Shown: piece by piece, positions 1-10,007 of the stretch | Position numbering within the stretch: position 1 is the first letter of the stretch | Layout: each line of letters opens with the position of its first letter | NCBI GenBank assembly: GCA_949297445.1 | Contig: CASFSS010000007.1 | Coordinates: forward strand, 8,042 to 72,041 | Direction of reading: 5' to 3' | Length of the DNA: 64,000 nucleotides | Source of the DNA: an uncultured bacterium | GTDB taxonomy: Bacteria; Bacillota_I; Bacilli_A; RFN20; CAG-826 | Made by a program: the position numbers and the translations under genes | The notes under the pieces: model-generated | Databases searched by the model: none | Seen by the model: the letters and a program-made list of their open reading frames with translations, nothing else | What the model was told of the DNA's origin: nothing

Positions 1-1590
1 GCCAATTTCCTTATTGTTAAATACTAGCTTTTGACTTTCAAAATATTTTTCAAAAATGTATTTATCAATATTGGAATCGAAGCCAACGATTGTATCATAA
101 ACAGTTTCAGCACGCTCACGATATGAAGAAGTACGCGCGTCAAAATAATTGACATACGTACGCAACGGTTCGCCTTCGTCGTTCGTTGGGTATTTAGCGT
201 GACCAGGATAATATGTTGTGTAGTAGTCCGACAAAGAGACGCTGGCAGTCTCGTCAAATGGTGAACGATTAATTACGATAAAGTGGATACCTTGATAGGA
301 ACTATCGCCATCAGTTCCGCCTCTAACGACGAGAATTGGTGATCCTTCATTGGTGCATAAAATCTCGTTATGCGAACCATCGCCAATCGTCAAACCAGGA
401 ACTTCTTGGAAGCCTGGTAACGCAGCATATTCTTCGTTATATGTACCATAATCATTTTCGCCAGTGATGGTGTTGGTTACGCTATCATATGTTCCGCTAC
501 TAACACTATTTGGAGTGATTACACAAATATTGTGTTTATTGAAATATTTATTAAATAAAATATTTCGTGGATAATATTCAGCATCGCCATTATTGACTTG
601 GGTGCCATTATAACCAGTTGTAACATTTGACATTTCTTCTAGTTCAAGGAATGCCTCATAAGGAATAGTACCAATTGTTTGACTATCTGTGGCATCTTTT
701 ACAGCTTGTTGTGTAGCTGAATCAACACCAATGGCACTTTCGCTAGCACTTGTGCTTGTTACACTATTATAAATTTGTTCGTATGCATATATGCCTAATT
801 TAAACTCATTGATATATGAAGTGCTCTTGTCCATAATGCCAAGTTCACCATAATTGGCAGCTGATGCGCTATCATCGCTCAACATTAATGCCAAATTACC
901 AAACGAAGTACCGGCAAGTGCTAAATTATAAGCAACGGTATAAAGCTGATGCGCGTCATCAGAAGAGATTGTTCCGTTATAATGCGCACCAGAACTAGCG
1001 TCAACATTAACTAACAAATGGGATACATGATAGGGGACCATTGCTTGAAGATATCCTTCAAAATGATCGGCTCCTTCTTCGGTATCATCAGTTCTAGAAT
1101 CGCGAAGATGCCCAATGTTATTTTCATAAAATTGATCTTCAAATTCTGTTTGCATGCGATTATAAAGAAGAGTCTCGTATAAATCATCTTCAGTAGCAGC
1201 TCCATATTGTGAGAGAATTTTTGAGAATTCGTCGTCATAAGTTGTCGCATTGCTGCTAGCATCATCTTCGCATTGTTCTTTAATGCTTTGAAGTTCAGCA
1301 TTCGTATCGCTTTTTAATGTGGCTAAGACTGTCTCTTGGCCAGGTTCAACATAGAAATAATTGCGAACAATTAATTCGTATGCCTTTTGATACATCGTTG
1401 ACACGCTTGAAGAATCATTTAGATATGTGCCGAACAAATCTTCGGCCGTATAGGATAATTGTTCTCCGGCAGCGTTAGTATATGTCAAGACGTAGCCATG
1501 GGTATTATAAGTTGGTGCATCACAAGCCGCTAAAGCCATGATTGATAGGGCACCAGTTAGAATTCCAAGGGTTACTTTATCTTTTTTCAT
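1..1590 (-). CDS. Large PrsA-like lipoprotein with a parvulin-type peptidyl-prolyl isomerase domain (partial; C-terminus runs off the window start)
   Basis: Minus-strand reading frame open from 1590 to position 1, so it is absent from the ORF track. N-terminus MKKDKVTLGILTGALSIMALAAC is a signal peptide plus lipobox. Internal ...QAMVPYHVSHLLVN... and ...FGNLALMLSDDSASAANYGELG... resemble parvulin PPIase motifs. Translated by hand; function is a similarity call. Confidence 0.5.
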   Translation of the reverse strand, partial: MKKDKVTLGILTGALSIMALAACDAPTYNTHGYVLTYTNAAGEQLSYTAEDLFGTYLNDSSSVSTMYQKAYELIVRNYFYVEPGQETVLATLKSDTNAELQSIKEQCEDDASSNATTYDDEFSKILSQYGAATEDDLYETLLYNRMQTEFEDQFYENNIGHLRDSRTDDTEEGADHFEGYLQAMVPYHVSHLLVNVDASSGAHYNGTISSDDAHQLYTVAYNLALAGTSFGNLALMLSDDSASAANYGELGIMDKSTSYINEFKLGIYAYEQIYNSVTSTSASESAIGVDSATQQAVKDATDSQTIGTIPYEAFLELEEMSNVTTGYNGTQVNNGDAEYYPRNILFNKYFNKHNICVITPNSVSSGTYDSVTNTITGENDYGTYNEEYAALPGFQEVPGLTIGDGSHNEILCTNEGSPILVVRGGTDGDSSYQGIHFIVINRSPFDETASVSLSDYYTTYYPGHAKYPTNDEGEPLRTYVNYFDARTSSYRERAETVYDTIVGFDSNIDKYIFEKYFESQKLVFNNKEIG

Positions 1591-1860
1591 AAGTAACTTG
1601 TTTGCCTCCTTTTGTAAACATAGCGGTATTATTTTATTACTTAATAAATAGTAATACAACAAAGAATTTATCTTTTTGATTAATCGGAATTAACATTTGC
1701 CGCAAGATAACGGAAATGTCCTAAATAAATTAAATTTATTTTGCGGATAAGTCAAGAAGTTATCGATTTTGTTATAATGTTTAACATTCATGTTTTTTAT
1801 CGTTATATTTGCTATGTGATTTTTTTTGGCATAAAATACATTCGATTTAAGAGGAAAAAT

Positions 1861-2703
1861 ATGAGCACCATAGTTATTAAAAATCTACATGTAAATGTTG
1901 GCGATAAAGAAATATTAAAAGGTCTAAATTTGGAAATTAAAGAAGGTGAGACATTGGCTCTTCTTGGTCCAAATGGCAATGGCAAATCAACTCTTCTTCA
2001 TACAATAATGGGAAACCCTCGTTATAAAGTGTTAGAGGGAGAGATTTTGCTCGATGGACAAGATATTTTGCACCTGGCAATTGACGAAAGATCTCGGCTC
2101 GGAATTTTTTTAGCAATGCAAAATCCTAGCGAGGTTACCGGCGTTAATAATGCAGATTTTTTAAAGGCTGCAATTAACGCTCATCGAACTAGTTCAATCC
2201 GCTTAGGCGAATTTTACAAAAAGTTGGATGAAGCATATAAAACGATGCATATTCCGTTTGAATTTTCATCGCGCAACTTGAATGAAGGTTTTTCTGGTGG
2301 GGAGAAGAAAAAGAATGAAATTCTTCAAATGCTTTTGCTCGATCCAAAATTTACTTTGCTCGACGAAATTGACTCGGGGCTTGATGTCGATGCAATAAAT
2401 ATTGTTGCTAATGTAATTAAAAGTAGACAAGATGCTGGCAAAGGTTTCTTGGTTATATCTCATTATGCTAGACTTTATGATTTGATTAATGTCGATCGAG
2501 TTGCGGTGATTATAGATGGGAAAATAGTTGCTCATGGTGGCCGTGAATTAATTAAGAAAATTGATCAAGAAGGTTATGAATGGCTAGAAAAAGAATCTGG
2601 CGTACGTATTTTTAAAGAGACTTCTGCCAATGATAATTTATCTATTGGTGTTTGTTTGACGAAAGAAATTATTAAAAACAATGAAAAAAATAATAATAAA
2701 TGA
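1861..2703 (+). CDS. sufC: Fe-S cluster assembly ATPase SufC
   Basis: Walker A LLGPNGNGKSTLL and ABC signature LSGGEKKKNEIL. Start moved to ATG 1861 (MSTIVIKNL...), preceded by AGAGGAAAA. The track's extension from 1741 is a hydrophobic non-coding artefact. Confidence 0.93.
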   Translation: MSTIVIKNLHVNVGDKEILKGLNLEIKEGETLALLGPNGNGKSTLLHTIMGNPRYKVLEGEILLDGQDILHLAIDERSRLGIFLAMQNPSEVTGVNNADFLKAAINAHRTSSIRLGEFYKKLDEAYKTMHIPFEFSSRNLNEGFSGGEKKKNEILQMLLLDPKFTLLDEIDSGLDVDAINIVANVIKSRQDAGKGFLVISHYARLYDLINVDRVAVIIDGKIVAHGGRELIKKIDQEGYEWLEKESGVRIFKETSANDNLSIGVCLTKEIIKNNEKNNNK

Positions 2704-3382
2704 AGGAGAAAATAAAACGCTGACAATTTGTTCATCACAAGATGTTTTTTTAGAGTTGAATCCTTCGGCCACTTTATTATTAAAATTGTTCGTAACTGAC
2801 CATAATTTTTTGATGAAATTTCGTGCAGATTTGAAAGAAAACGCTCATTTAGCAGTTATTTTTGCTGATTTTTCTAGCGGGAAAGTTGAAATAAATGGAT
2901 TGACAAAACTTGTCGGAAACGGCGCTAAAGTTGAATGGAAATTAGCGTCCTTATCAAAGGATGTAGATAGAAAAAATATTGATGTTTCCTTTATCCATGA
3001 GGCGCCTAATACATATGCAACAATGGAAAATTATGGCATCGCTAAAGACGAGTCAAAGCTGATTTTTACCGGTGTTAATCACGTTATGAATGGTATGTCT
3101 AAATCGTTTTCTAGCCAGCAAGCTAAAATAATTGTTTTTGACAAAAATAGTCATGGAGAAGCATCACCAATATTAAAAATCGACGAAAATGATATTGTCG
3201 CTAAACATTCGGCAATTGTCGGTCAATTAAATGATGACCATATTTATTATTTAATGACGCGCGGCCTGACTATCGATGATGCTAAGAAATTAATTACATT
3301 AGGTTATTTAATGCCAATTTGTAATTATTTTGACGACAACAATAAGACACAAATGGAAAAAATAGTTATGGAGAGAATGTAG
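2681..3382 (+). CDS. sufD: Fe-S assembly protein SufD, short form (about 233 aa, C-terminal domain only)
   Basis: Sits between sufC and sufS. C-terminal SufB/SufD-family motifs (...LMTRGLTIDDAKKLITLGYL). Overlaps sufC by 23 nt. Roughly half the usual SufD length. Confidence 0.7.
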   Translation: MKKIIINEGENKTLTICSSQDVFLELNPSATLLLKLFVTDHNFLMKFRADLKENAHLAVIFADFSSGKVEINGLTKLVGNGAKVEWKLASLSKDVDRKNIDVSFIHEAPNTYATMENYGIAKDESKLIFTGVNHVMNGMSKSFSSQQAKIIVFDKNSHGEASPILKIDENDIVAKHSAIVGQLNDDHIYYLMTRGLTIDDAKKLITLGYLMPICNYFDDNNKTQMEKIVMERM

Positions 3383-3383
3383 A

Positions 3384-4613
3384 ATGTACGATGTATACGA
3401 AATTAGAAAAGATTTCCCAATGTTAAATGGCGTAAAAATGCAAGGCAAGCCACTTGTATTTTTGGATAATGCATCAACTACATTTAAACCATATGAAGTC
3501 ATAGAAGCAATTGAACGCTATTATAAATTTGAGACTAGTAATTCTCATCGTGGTGACTATGATTTATGTTTTAATATTGATAGACAAATTGATGCTGCAC
3601 GTCATGAAATCGCAACATTTATTAATTCACACGACGATGAGATTGTTTTTACCAGTGGCTCTTCGATGTCATTAAATTTGGTTGCTTACGGTTATGCAGT
3701 TAAATACTTAAAAAGTGATGACGAGATACTTATTACACAAGCGGAACATGCTAGTAACGTTTTACCTTGGTTCAAGGTTGCTGAAATAACAGGTTGTAAA
3801 ATTTCATACATTCCTTTGACAGATGACGGACGTCTAACATTAGATAATGTTGAAAAAACCATCACACCAAAAACAAAAATTATTGCCGTTGCACATGTAA
3901 GCAATGTATTAGGTTATATTGTTGATATTAAAAATATTGCACGCATTGCGCATGCTCATAATGCTATTTTAATATGCGATGGTGCACAATCCGTCCCTCA
4001 TATGAAAATAGATGTCCAAGATCTTGACTGTGATTTTTTAGCTTTTTCAGGTCATAAAATGCTTGGACCAACCGGCATTGGCGTTCTTTATGGCAAATAT
4101 CACTTATTAGATATGATGGATCCCCTTATGAGCGGCGGCGGAATGAATGCAAAATTTGATATGTGTGGTGATGTCTCATACTTAAATCCACCAGTAAGAT
4201 TTGAAGCTGGAACTATCAATATTGAAGGCATCGTTGGTCTAGCAGCAGCAGTTAGATATTTAAAGAAAATTGGCATGGAAAATATTCAAATGCACGAAAA
4301 CGAAATTCGAAAATATTTGATTGCTAGACTTAGAGATGTTGCTAATATAAAAATATACAATGAAAATGCCGAAGGTGGAATCGTTACCTTCAATATTAAA
4401 GGCGTTTTTGCTCAAGATGAAGCAACCTATTTGAATTCGCGCGGAATCGCCATTCGTTCAGGCCAACATTGCGCTAAGATTTTAATTGATTTTCTTGGTG
4501 AAGTCGCAACTTGTCGCGCTTCAATTTATTTATACACAACAAAAGAAGATTGTGATGCTTTAGTAGATGCTTTAAAAAGCGGAGGAGATTTTTTAGATGC
4601 CTATTTCTCTTAG
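3384..4613 (+). CDS. sufS: Cysteine desulfurase SufS (class II aminotransferase V)
   Basis: PLP-lysine region FSGHKMLGPTGIGVLYGK and active-site loop RSGQHCA; operon position. Confidence 0.93.
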   Translation: MYDVYEIRKDFPMLNGVKMQGKPLVFLDNASTTFKPYEVIEAIERYYKFETSNSHRGDYDLCFNIDRQIDAARHEIATFINSHDDEIVFTSGSSMSLNLVAYGYAVKYLKSDDEILITQAEHASNVLPWFKVAEITGCKISYIPLTDDGRLTLDNVEKTITPKTKIIAVAHVSNVLGYIVDIKNIARIAHAHNAILICDGAQSVPHMKIDVQDLDCDFLAFSGHKMLGPTGIGVLYGKYHLLDMMDPLMSGGGMNAKFDMCGDVSYLNPPVRFEAGTINIEGIVGLAAAVRYLKKIGMENIQMHENEIRKYLIARLRDVANIKIYNENAEGGIVTFNIKGVFAQDEATYLNSRGIAIRSGQHCAKILIDFLGEVATCRASIYLYTTKEDCDALVDALKSGGDFLDAYFS

Positions 4614-5058
4614 TCCTTTACAAATGCGTGAAATTATAATGGATCATTATGATCATCCATTGCACAAAAAAAGACCTGATAATCTCGACGGATATTTGAC
4701 TGTTCATTCAAACTCAGTTAATTGTATCGATGATATCGATGTATTTTTGCTTGTAGATGATGGAGTTGTTACTGATTGTGCCTTTGACGGAATTGCCTGT
4801 GCTATCTCAACTGCGAGTACCGATATAATGTGCGATTTAGTTATTGACAAAAAAATCGATGAAGCAAAACGCATAATTGAGCAGTTTTTCAATATGATTT
4901 ATGAAAAACAATATGATGATACCCTTTTAGATGAGGCAATCGCTTTTCAAAATACATACAAACAAGCCGCACGTATAAAATGTGCAACAATCGGTTGGAA
5001 TGCTTTAAGCGATCTATTTAAGATGTTTGAAGAGGTAGACAATGATAAAGAAAGATGA
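4597..5058 (+). CDS. sufU: Fe-S scaffold / sulfur acceptor SufU (NifU-like N-terminal domain)
   Basis: N-terminal ...[14 protein letters not shown]... aligns with B. subtilis SufU VIMDHYKNPRN. Conserved Cys residues ([16 protein letters not shown]). Overlaps the sufS stop. Confidence 0.85.
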   Translation: MPISLSPLQMREIIMDHYDHPLHKKRPDNLDGYLTVHSNSVNCIDDIDVFLLVDDGVVTDCAFDGIACAISTASTDIMCDLVIDKKIDEAKRIIEQFFNMIYEKQYDDTLLDEAIAFQNTYKQAARIKCATIGWNALSDLFKMFEEVDNDKER

Positions 5059-6439
5059 TTTCACCGAAAAATATAAATATGGTTTCAAAGACGAATATCG
5101 TGATGTTATAACAACTGGTATTGGTTTAAACGAAGATGTTGTGCGCGAGATTTCAGCTCTAAAAAAAGAACCAGATTGGATGTTACAATTTCGATTAAAA
5201 GCTTTAAAAGCTTTTTTAGAAATGGCAATGCCGAATTTTGGTCCTGATTTATCCTTTATAGATTTCCAAAGTTATACATATTTTACTAGACCATCGGAAA
5301 GAGTTGCCTCTAGCTGGGAAGATGTTCCAGAAACAATTAAAAAAACTTTTGAAAAAATCGGTATCCCAGAGGCCGAGCAAAAGTTTTTAAGTGGCGTAAC
5401 AACACAATATGAATCGGAAGCTGTTTATCATAATATGCTCAAAGAAGTAGAAGAAAAAGGTGTTATTTTTCTTTCAACCGATCAAGCTGTCCAAATGTGT
5501 CCAGATTTAGTAAAAAAATATTTTAATACCGTCGTTCCCTATCGAGATAATAAATTTGCGGCACTTAACGGGGCAGTTTGGTCAGGCGGATCTTTTATTT
5601 ATGTTCCTAAGGGTGTAAAACTTGAAAAACCACTCCAATCTTATTTTCGAATCAATAACGAAAAAACTGGTCAGTTTGAACGAACATTGATTATTGTCGA
5701 TGAAGGTGCTTCTGTTCATTATGTTGAAGGCTGTACTGCTCCAATTTATTCAAAGGAATCGCTTCATGCTGCCATCGTTGAAATAATTGTTCATAAAAAT
5801 GCAACCTGCAGGTATTCGACAGTTCAAAATTGGTCCAATAATATTTTAAATTTAGTCACCAAAAGAGCACTCGTTCATAAGAACGGACAAATGGATTGGA
5901 TTGATGGCAATATTGGCAGTCAATTAAATATGAAATATCCTGCTTGTATTCTTGCCGGCGAAGGCGCTAGAGGCAATTGCATCTCTATAGCAGTAGCTAG
6001 TAGCGGACAGTATCAAGACGCTGGTGCCAGAATGATTCATTTAGCAAAAAACACATCATCTACGATTATTTCTAAGTCGATATGTCATAGTGGCGGTTAT
6101 GTAAATTTTCGCGGAACTGTTCGCCACACTAAAAACGCTACTAATTCACGGTCACACATTGAATGTGATACTTTAATATTGGACAATATATCTAAGTCCG
6201 ATACTATGCCTCATAACATTGTGATGAACGATTCATCTTTCATTGAGCATGAAGCGACAGTTAGCAAAATTAATGAAGATGAATTGTTTTATCTAATGAG
6301 CAGAGGAATTTCAAAAGCCGATGCAACTCAAATGATTATTATGGGATTCATTGAACCTTTTTCAAAGGAGTTGCCGATGGAATATGCCGTCGAGTTAAAT
6401 CAATTAATTCGATTAGATATGGAAGGAAGTATCGGTTAA
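5042..6439 (+). CDS. sufB: Fe-S cluster assembly protein SufB
   Basis: 465 aa of the SufB/SufD family; last gene of the sufCDSUB order typical of Firmicutes. Confidence 0.93.
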   Translation: MIKKDDFTEKYKYGFKDEYRDVITTGIGLNEDVVREISALKKEPDWMLQFRLKALKAFLEMAMPNFGPDLSFIDFQSYTYFTRPSERVASSWEDVPETIKKTFEKIGIPEAEQKFLSGVTTQYESEAVYHNMLKEVEEKGVIFLSTDQAVQMCPDLVKKYFNTVVPYRDNKFAALNGAVWSGGSFIYVPKGVKLEKPLQSYFRINNEKTGQFERTLIIVDEGASVHYVEGCTAPIYSKESLHAAIVEIIVHKNATCRYSTVQNWSNNILNLVTKRALVHKNGQMDWIDGNIGSQLNMKYPACILAGEGARGNCISIAVASSGQYQDAGARMIHLAKNTSSTIISKSICHSGGYVNFRGTVRHTKNATNSRSHIECDTLILDNISKSDTMPHNIVMNDSSFIEHEATVSKINEDELFYLMSRGISKADATQMIIMGFIEPFSKELPMEYAVELNQLIRLDMEGSIG

Positions 6440-8308
6440 GTGAACTCTTTTGATATTATTGTAGTTGGTGGGGGTTTTGCTGGTGTTGAAGCCGCCCACA
6501 TTGCATCGAAACTAGGCGCCAAAACCTTGTTAGTTACTTTAAATAAAAAAATGATTTCTAACATGCCTTGTAACCCCGCTATTGGTGGTAGTGCAAAAGG
6601 CATTGTAGTGCGCGAAGTCGATGCGCTTGGTGGAATTATCGGTTTACTAGCTGATCAAGAAAAACTTCAAATAAAGATGCTCAACACAGGCAAGGGACCA
6701 GGCGTACAATGTTTGAGGGCTCAAGAAGATAAACATGGTTATCCTTCTGCTGTACAAGAATATCTTAGCAATATGGCTAATCTATCAATCATTGAAGGGA
6801 TGGTTGTTGAGCTGCTTTACGATGAAAATAAAATTAAAGGTGTTGTGTTAGCTAACGGTGATAAATATTATTCACGAGCGATAATATTAGCTAACGGAAC
6901 TTATTTAGAAAGCGAAATACTGCGCGGAAAAGAGAAATTTTCTGGTGGCCCGGATGGCGAAATGCCTGCACATGGTTTATCTAGTTCACTAACTAAAATG
7001 GGCATTTCTTTATATCGCTTAAAAACTGGTACACCTCCACGGATTGATAAGAATACAATCGATTTTTCAAAAACCACTCCCCAAGAGGGTATGGCAGGGT
7101 ATTTAAACTTCTCTTATCGGCATGAAAATTATGTATCATTAGACAATCAAATGCCTTGCTATTTGCTATATACCAACAGTAAAACTCATGAAATAATTCG
7201 TGCTAATTTAGACAATAGCGCACAATTCAATGGCCTAGTTCGTGGCATTGGTCCGCGTTATTGCCCATCGATTGAGGGTAAAATTGTTAATTTCGCCGAT
7301 AAAGAACGCCATCAATTGTTCCTTGAACCAGAATTTAGGCATGGTGATTCATATTATTTACAAGGTTTAGCGACTTCAATGGCGAAGGAAGTACAAGAAA
7401 AAATTGTCCATTCCCTTGTCGGATTAGAAAACGCGAAAATCATTAAATATGGTTATGCCATCGAATATGATGCCATCAGTGCTTATGAATTTGATGCATC
7501 TCTAGCAATTAAAAAATATCATGGCTTATATGGTGCTGGTCAAATAATGGGTACTTCTGGTTATGAAGAGGCGGCTGGATTAGGCATTGTTGCTGGCATT
7601 AATGCCTTTCGTTATATTAATGAATTACCTCCATTAATTTTGAAACGTAATGAGGCGTATATCGGGGTAATGATTGATGATATTGTTACAAAAGGTGTCG
7701 ATGAACCATATCGGTTGTTATCTTCTCGTGCTGAATATCGATTATTGCTTCGACACGATAATGCAGATGTGCGTCTAATGCCAATCGCTCATGAGATCAA
7801 TACAATTTCTAAGAGTGAGTATGAAAACTTTTCGCATCGCCAAGAACAAAAACTAGTAGCAATTAAATTACTAAAAAATACTTTTATCGGCGATTCTAAG
7901 GACATCAATACATATTTGACTAGCCATAATCTTCCTTTGATTAATGGTTCAATATGCGCCTATGATTTTTTAAAACGTCCTGAAATAAATTTTTCGACTG
8001 TCGAAGATTTAATTAAAAATCTCAAAGAGTTGAATTTATCGTCTCTTGTCAAGCGACAATTGGAAATTGCTATCAAATACGAAGGATATATTAAAAAGCA
8101 AGAAGAAACGGCTGCTTCATACGCTAAATATGATAATTATCTTTTGCCAAGCGATCTTGATTATTTATCAATGAATGGATTAGCTTTAGAAGCAAGGCAA
8201 AAATTAGAAAGAATTAGACCATTGACAATTGGCCAAGCATCGCGCATTAGTGGCGTTAATCCTAGCGATATTTCGATTCTTATTTTAGAATTAAAAAGAA
8301 GACAATGA
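6440..8308 (+). CDS. mnmG: tRNA uridine-5-carboxymethylaminomethyl modification enzyme MnmG (GidA)
   Basis: N-terminal FAD-binding fingerprint FDIIVVGGGFAGVEAA. GTG start directly after the sufB stop, with GGAAGGAAG upstream. 622 aa. Confidence 0.93.
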   Translation: MNSFDIIVVGGGFAGVEAAHIASKLGAKTLLVTLNKKMISNMPCNPAIGGSAKGIVVREVDALGGIIGLLADQEKLQIKMLNTGKGPGVQCLRAQEDKHGYPSAVQEYLSNMANLSIIEGMVVELLYDENKIKGVVLANGDKYYSRAIILANGTYLESEILRGKEKFSGGPDGEMPAHGLSSSLTKMGISLYRLKTGTPPRIDKNTIDFSKTTPQEGMAGYLNFSYRHENYVSLDNQMPCYLLYTNSKTHEIIRANLDNSAQFNGLVRGIGPRYCPSIEGKIVNFADKERHQLFLEPEFRHGDSYYLQGLATSMAKEVQEKIVHSLVGLENAKIIKYGYAIEYDAISAYEFDASLAIKKYHGLYGAGQIMGTSGYEEAAGLGIVAGINAFRYINELPPLILKRNEAYIGVMIDDIVTKGVDEPYRLLSSRAEYRLLLRHDNADVRLMPIAHEINTISKSEYENFSHRQEQKLVAIKLLKNTFIGDSKDINTYLTSHNLPLINGSICAYDFLKRPEINFSTVEDLIKNLKELNLSSLVKRQLEIAIKYEGYIKKQEETAASYAKYDNYLLPSDLDYLSMNGLALEARQKLERIRPLTIGQASRISGVNPSDISILILELKRRQ

Positions 8309-9015
8309 GTGAAATTGAAAAAATAGTTGAATTTGCTAAAAATGAATTAAAAATTTCGTTAAATAATACGCAAATTGCGCAGTTTAATGGTTTTTTGCGA
8401 CTTTTTTTAGAAACTAATTCGCACATGAATTTATCTTCTTTTAATGATGAAAAGAGTATTATTAAAAAGCATTTTATTGATAGCATATATTCAGCGAAGT
8501 GGGTGGACTTCGCCAATAAAAAGATTGTTGATTTAGGCTCAGGAGGTGGTTTTCCAGCTATACCTTTAGCTATTCTATTTCCTAATGCCCAGTTTACTTT
8601 GATAGACTCTACTACTAAAAAATGTTTGTTTTTAGAAAAAGTCATTAATGAATTAGAGTTAAAAAATGTTCGTGTATTAAATAAGCGTATCGAAGAATTA
8701 GATGATCAGCTGCGCGACCAATTTGATTTAGTAACTGCGCGAGCTTTAAAAGAATTGCGCATTTTATTAGAATTATCGATTCCTTATTTGAAGGTTGGTG
8801 GTTTGTTTCTTTCTTATAAAGGAGCGCACGCTAAAGCTGAAATAAAAGATGCCAGCCAGGCTTTTGTTAAACTAAAATGCTCTTTAATCGATAGTTTTGA
8901 ATATTCTTTAAGTAATTACGATGATTTTCGCGCACTTCTTTTAATTAGAAAAGATTCTATGACGCCTACAAAATATCCAAGATCTTATCCAACAATTTTA
9001 AAAAAGCCCTTATAG
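8305..9015 (+). CDS. rsmG: 16S rRNA m7G527 methyltransferase RsmG (GidB)
   Basis: SAM-binding motif DLGSGGGFPAIPLAI. ATGA overlap with the mnmG stop; classical mnmG-rsmG pair. Confidence 0.9.
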   Translation: MSEIEKIVEFAKNELKISLNNTQIAQFNGFLRLFLETNSHMNLSSFNDEKSIIKKHFIDSIYSAKWVDFANKKIVDLGSGGGFPAIPLAILFPNAQFTLIDSTTKKCLFLEKVINELELKNVRVLNKRIEELDDQLRDQFDLVTARALKELRILLELSIPYLKVGGLFLSYKGAHAKAEIKDASQAFVKLKCSLIDSFEYSLSNYDDFRALLLIRKDSMTPTKYPRSYPTILKKPL

Positions 9016-9029
9016 TAAATTTTTCAAAT

Positions 9030-9062
9030 TCTCTTTATTAATAAAATAACGCGAGTATAATA
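9030..9062 (+). promoter_or_regulatory. Putative sigma-A promoter for the riboswitch-ribU transcript
   Basis: TATAAT around 9056-9061 with a weak TTTATT-like -35 about 17 nt upstream. Coordinates approximate. Confidence 0.3.
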
Positions 9063-9065
9063 AAT

Positions 9066-9213
9066 TTTGTTTCAGGGCAGGGCGCAATTCCCAATCGGTG
9101 GTAAACCCCACGAACCTTATATGGTAGATTTGGTGCAATTCCAAAGGCGACAGTTATAGTCTGGATGAAAGAAACATTTATTTGTTACATATGCCCTGAT
9201 GAGGGCTTTTTTT
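9066..9213 (+). promoter_or_regulatory. FMN riboswitch (RFN element) with a downstream hairpin that acts as terminator and/or SD-sequestor
   Basis: GGGCAGGGCGCAATTCCCAATCGGTGGTAAACCCCACGAACC...GGTGCAATTCCAAAGGCGACAGTTATAGTCTGGATGAAAGAAA matches the RFN consensus (GGGTGAAATTCCC...ACCGGCGGTA...GGTGCAATTCC...CGACAGT.AAAGTCTGGATG.GAGA). Hairpin gccct-gatg-agggc at 9193-9206 is followed by T7. The GAGGG in its 3' arm is the only SD-like sequence before ATG 9214. Confidence 0.85.
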
Positions 9214-9924
9214 ATGAATATCTTAAGTGCTGTGTGTTCAATTATCTTAATTATTCTTTGGATGATGGCTTTTGTGTATGTTCTTTTTAAAGAATTAGGG
9301 CGTAAACAATCGTATCGTCCATCGGTCAAATTTATTGTGCGAGTTGCTATTTTTGGTGCTTTATCAACCATTTTATATACCGTGCCCGGTTTAAAATTTT
9401 CTGTTCCTTTTCTCCCCTCATTTCTCGAGTTTCATTTTGATGAAATCCCAATTCTGATTGCAAGTTTTGCCTATGGACCATTGACTGGCGTTGCAATTAT
9501 TTTTATTAAAACACTTATAAAATTACCAATGACTTCAACGTTAGGAGTTGGTGAATGCGCTGACTTTCTTTATAGTCTCGTCTTTATTTTGCCAGCCGCA
9601 CTAATTTATAAAAAACATCGAAAGTTTTCTGGCACAATTATTGGGCTTTCTGTTGGCACTATCACTCAGTTATTAGTTTCAATGTTCTTTACCGTATATG
9701 TCATGGTTCCCTTTTACATGTACGTAATGGGTTTTTCTAGGGAAGCGTTGCTCTCTATGTGTTCAATGGCTAATCCGGCAATTACAAATCTTGAAATGGA
9801 ATTAGGCCTTTACGGCATATTACCCTTTAATGCCATAAAAGATGCAATCGTTATTTTTGTTACATTAATTGTTTATAAATCTCTGCGACGTTTTATTGAG
9901 AATCTTGATATTGCTAAAAACTAA
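9214..9924 (+). CDS. ribU: ECF-transporter S component, predicted riboflavin transporter RibU
   Basis: Multi-TM protein of the ECF S-component type, immediately downstream of the FMN riboswitch. Start moved to ATG 9214 (MNILSAV...) because the track start at 9199 lies inside the riboswitch hairpin. Confidence 0.75.
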   Translation: MNILSAVCSIILIILWMMAFVYVLFKELGRKQSYRPSVKFIVRVAIFGALSTILYTVPGLKFSVPFLPSFLEFHFDEIPILIASFAYGPLTGVAIIFIKTLIKLPMTSTLGVGECADFLYSLVFILPAALIYKKHRKFSGTIIGLSVGTITQLLVSMFFTVYVMVPFYMYVMGFSREALLSMCSMANPAITNLEMELGLYGILPFNAIKDAIVIFVTLIVYKSLRRFIENLDIAKN

Positions 9925-10007
9925 TTTTATATTATAAATAATATAATATTTCAGTAAATTTTTATTTATAATAAAAATATTTACTTTCATATAAAATAAT
10001 AAATTAG

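Noticed and set aside
1741-1860. N-terminal extensions of track ORFs for sufC, cmk (17374), nth (21068), pgsA (23897), pgi (53400), mgtE (57859), marR (62838) and ribU (9199)
   Set aside because: Each extension is hydrophobic or low-complexity, lacks an RBS, or overlaps an RNA element. A conserved-looking N-terminus with an RBS starts at the internal Met used in the feature table.
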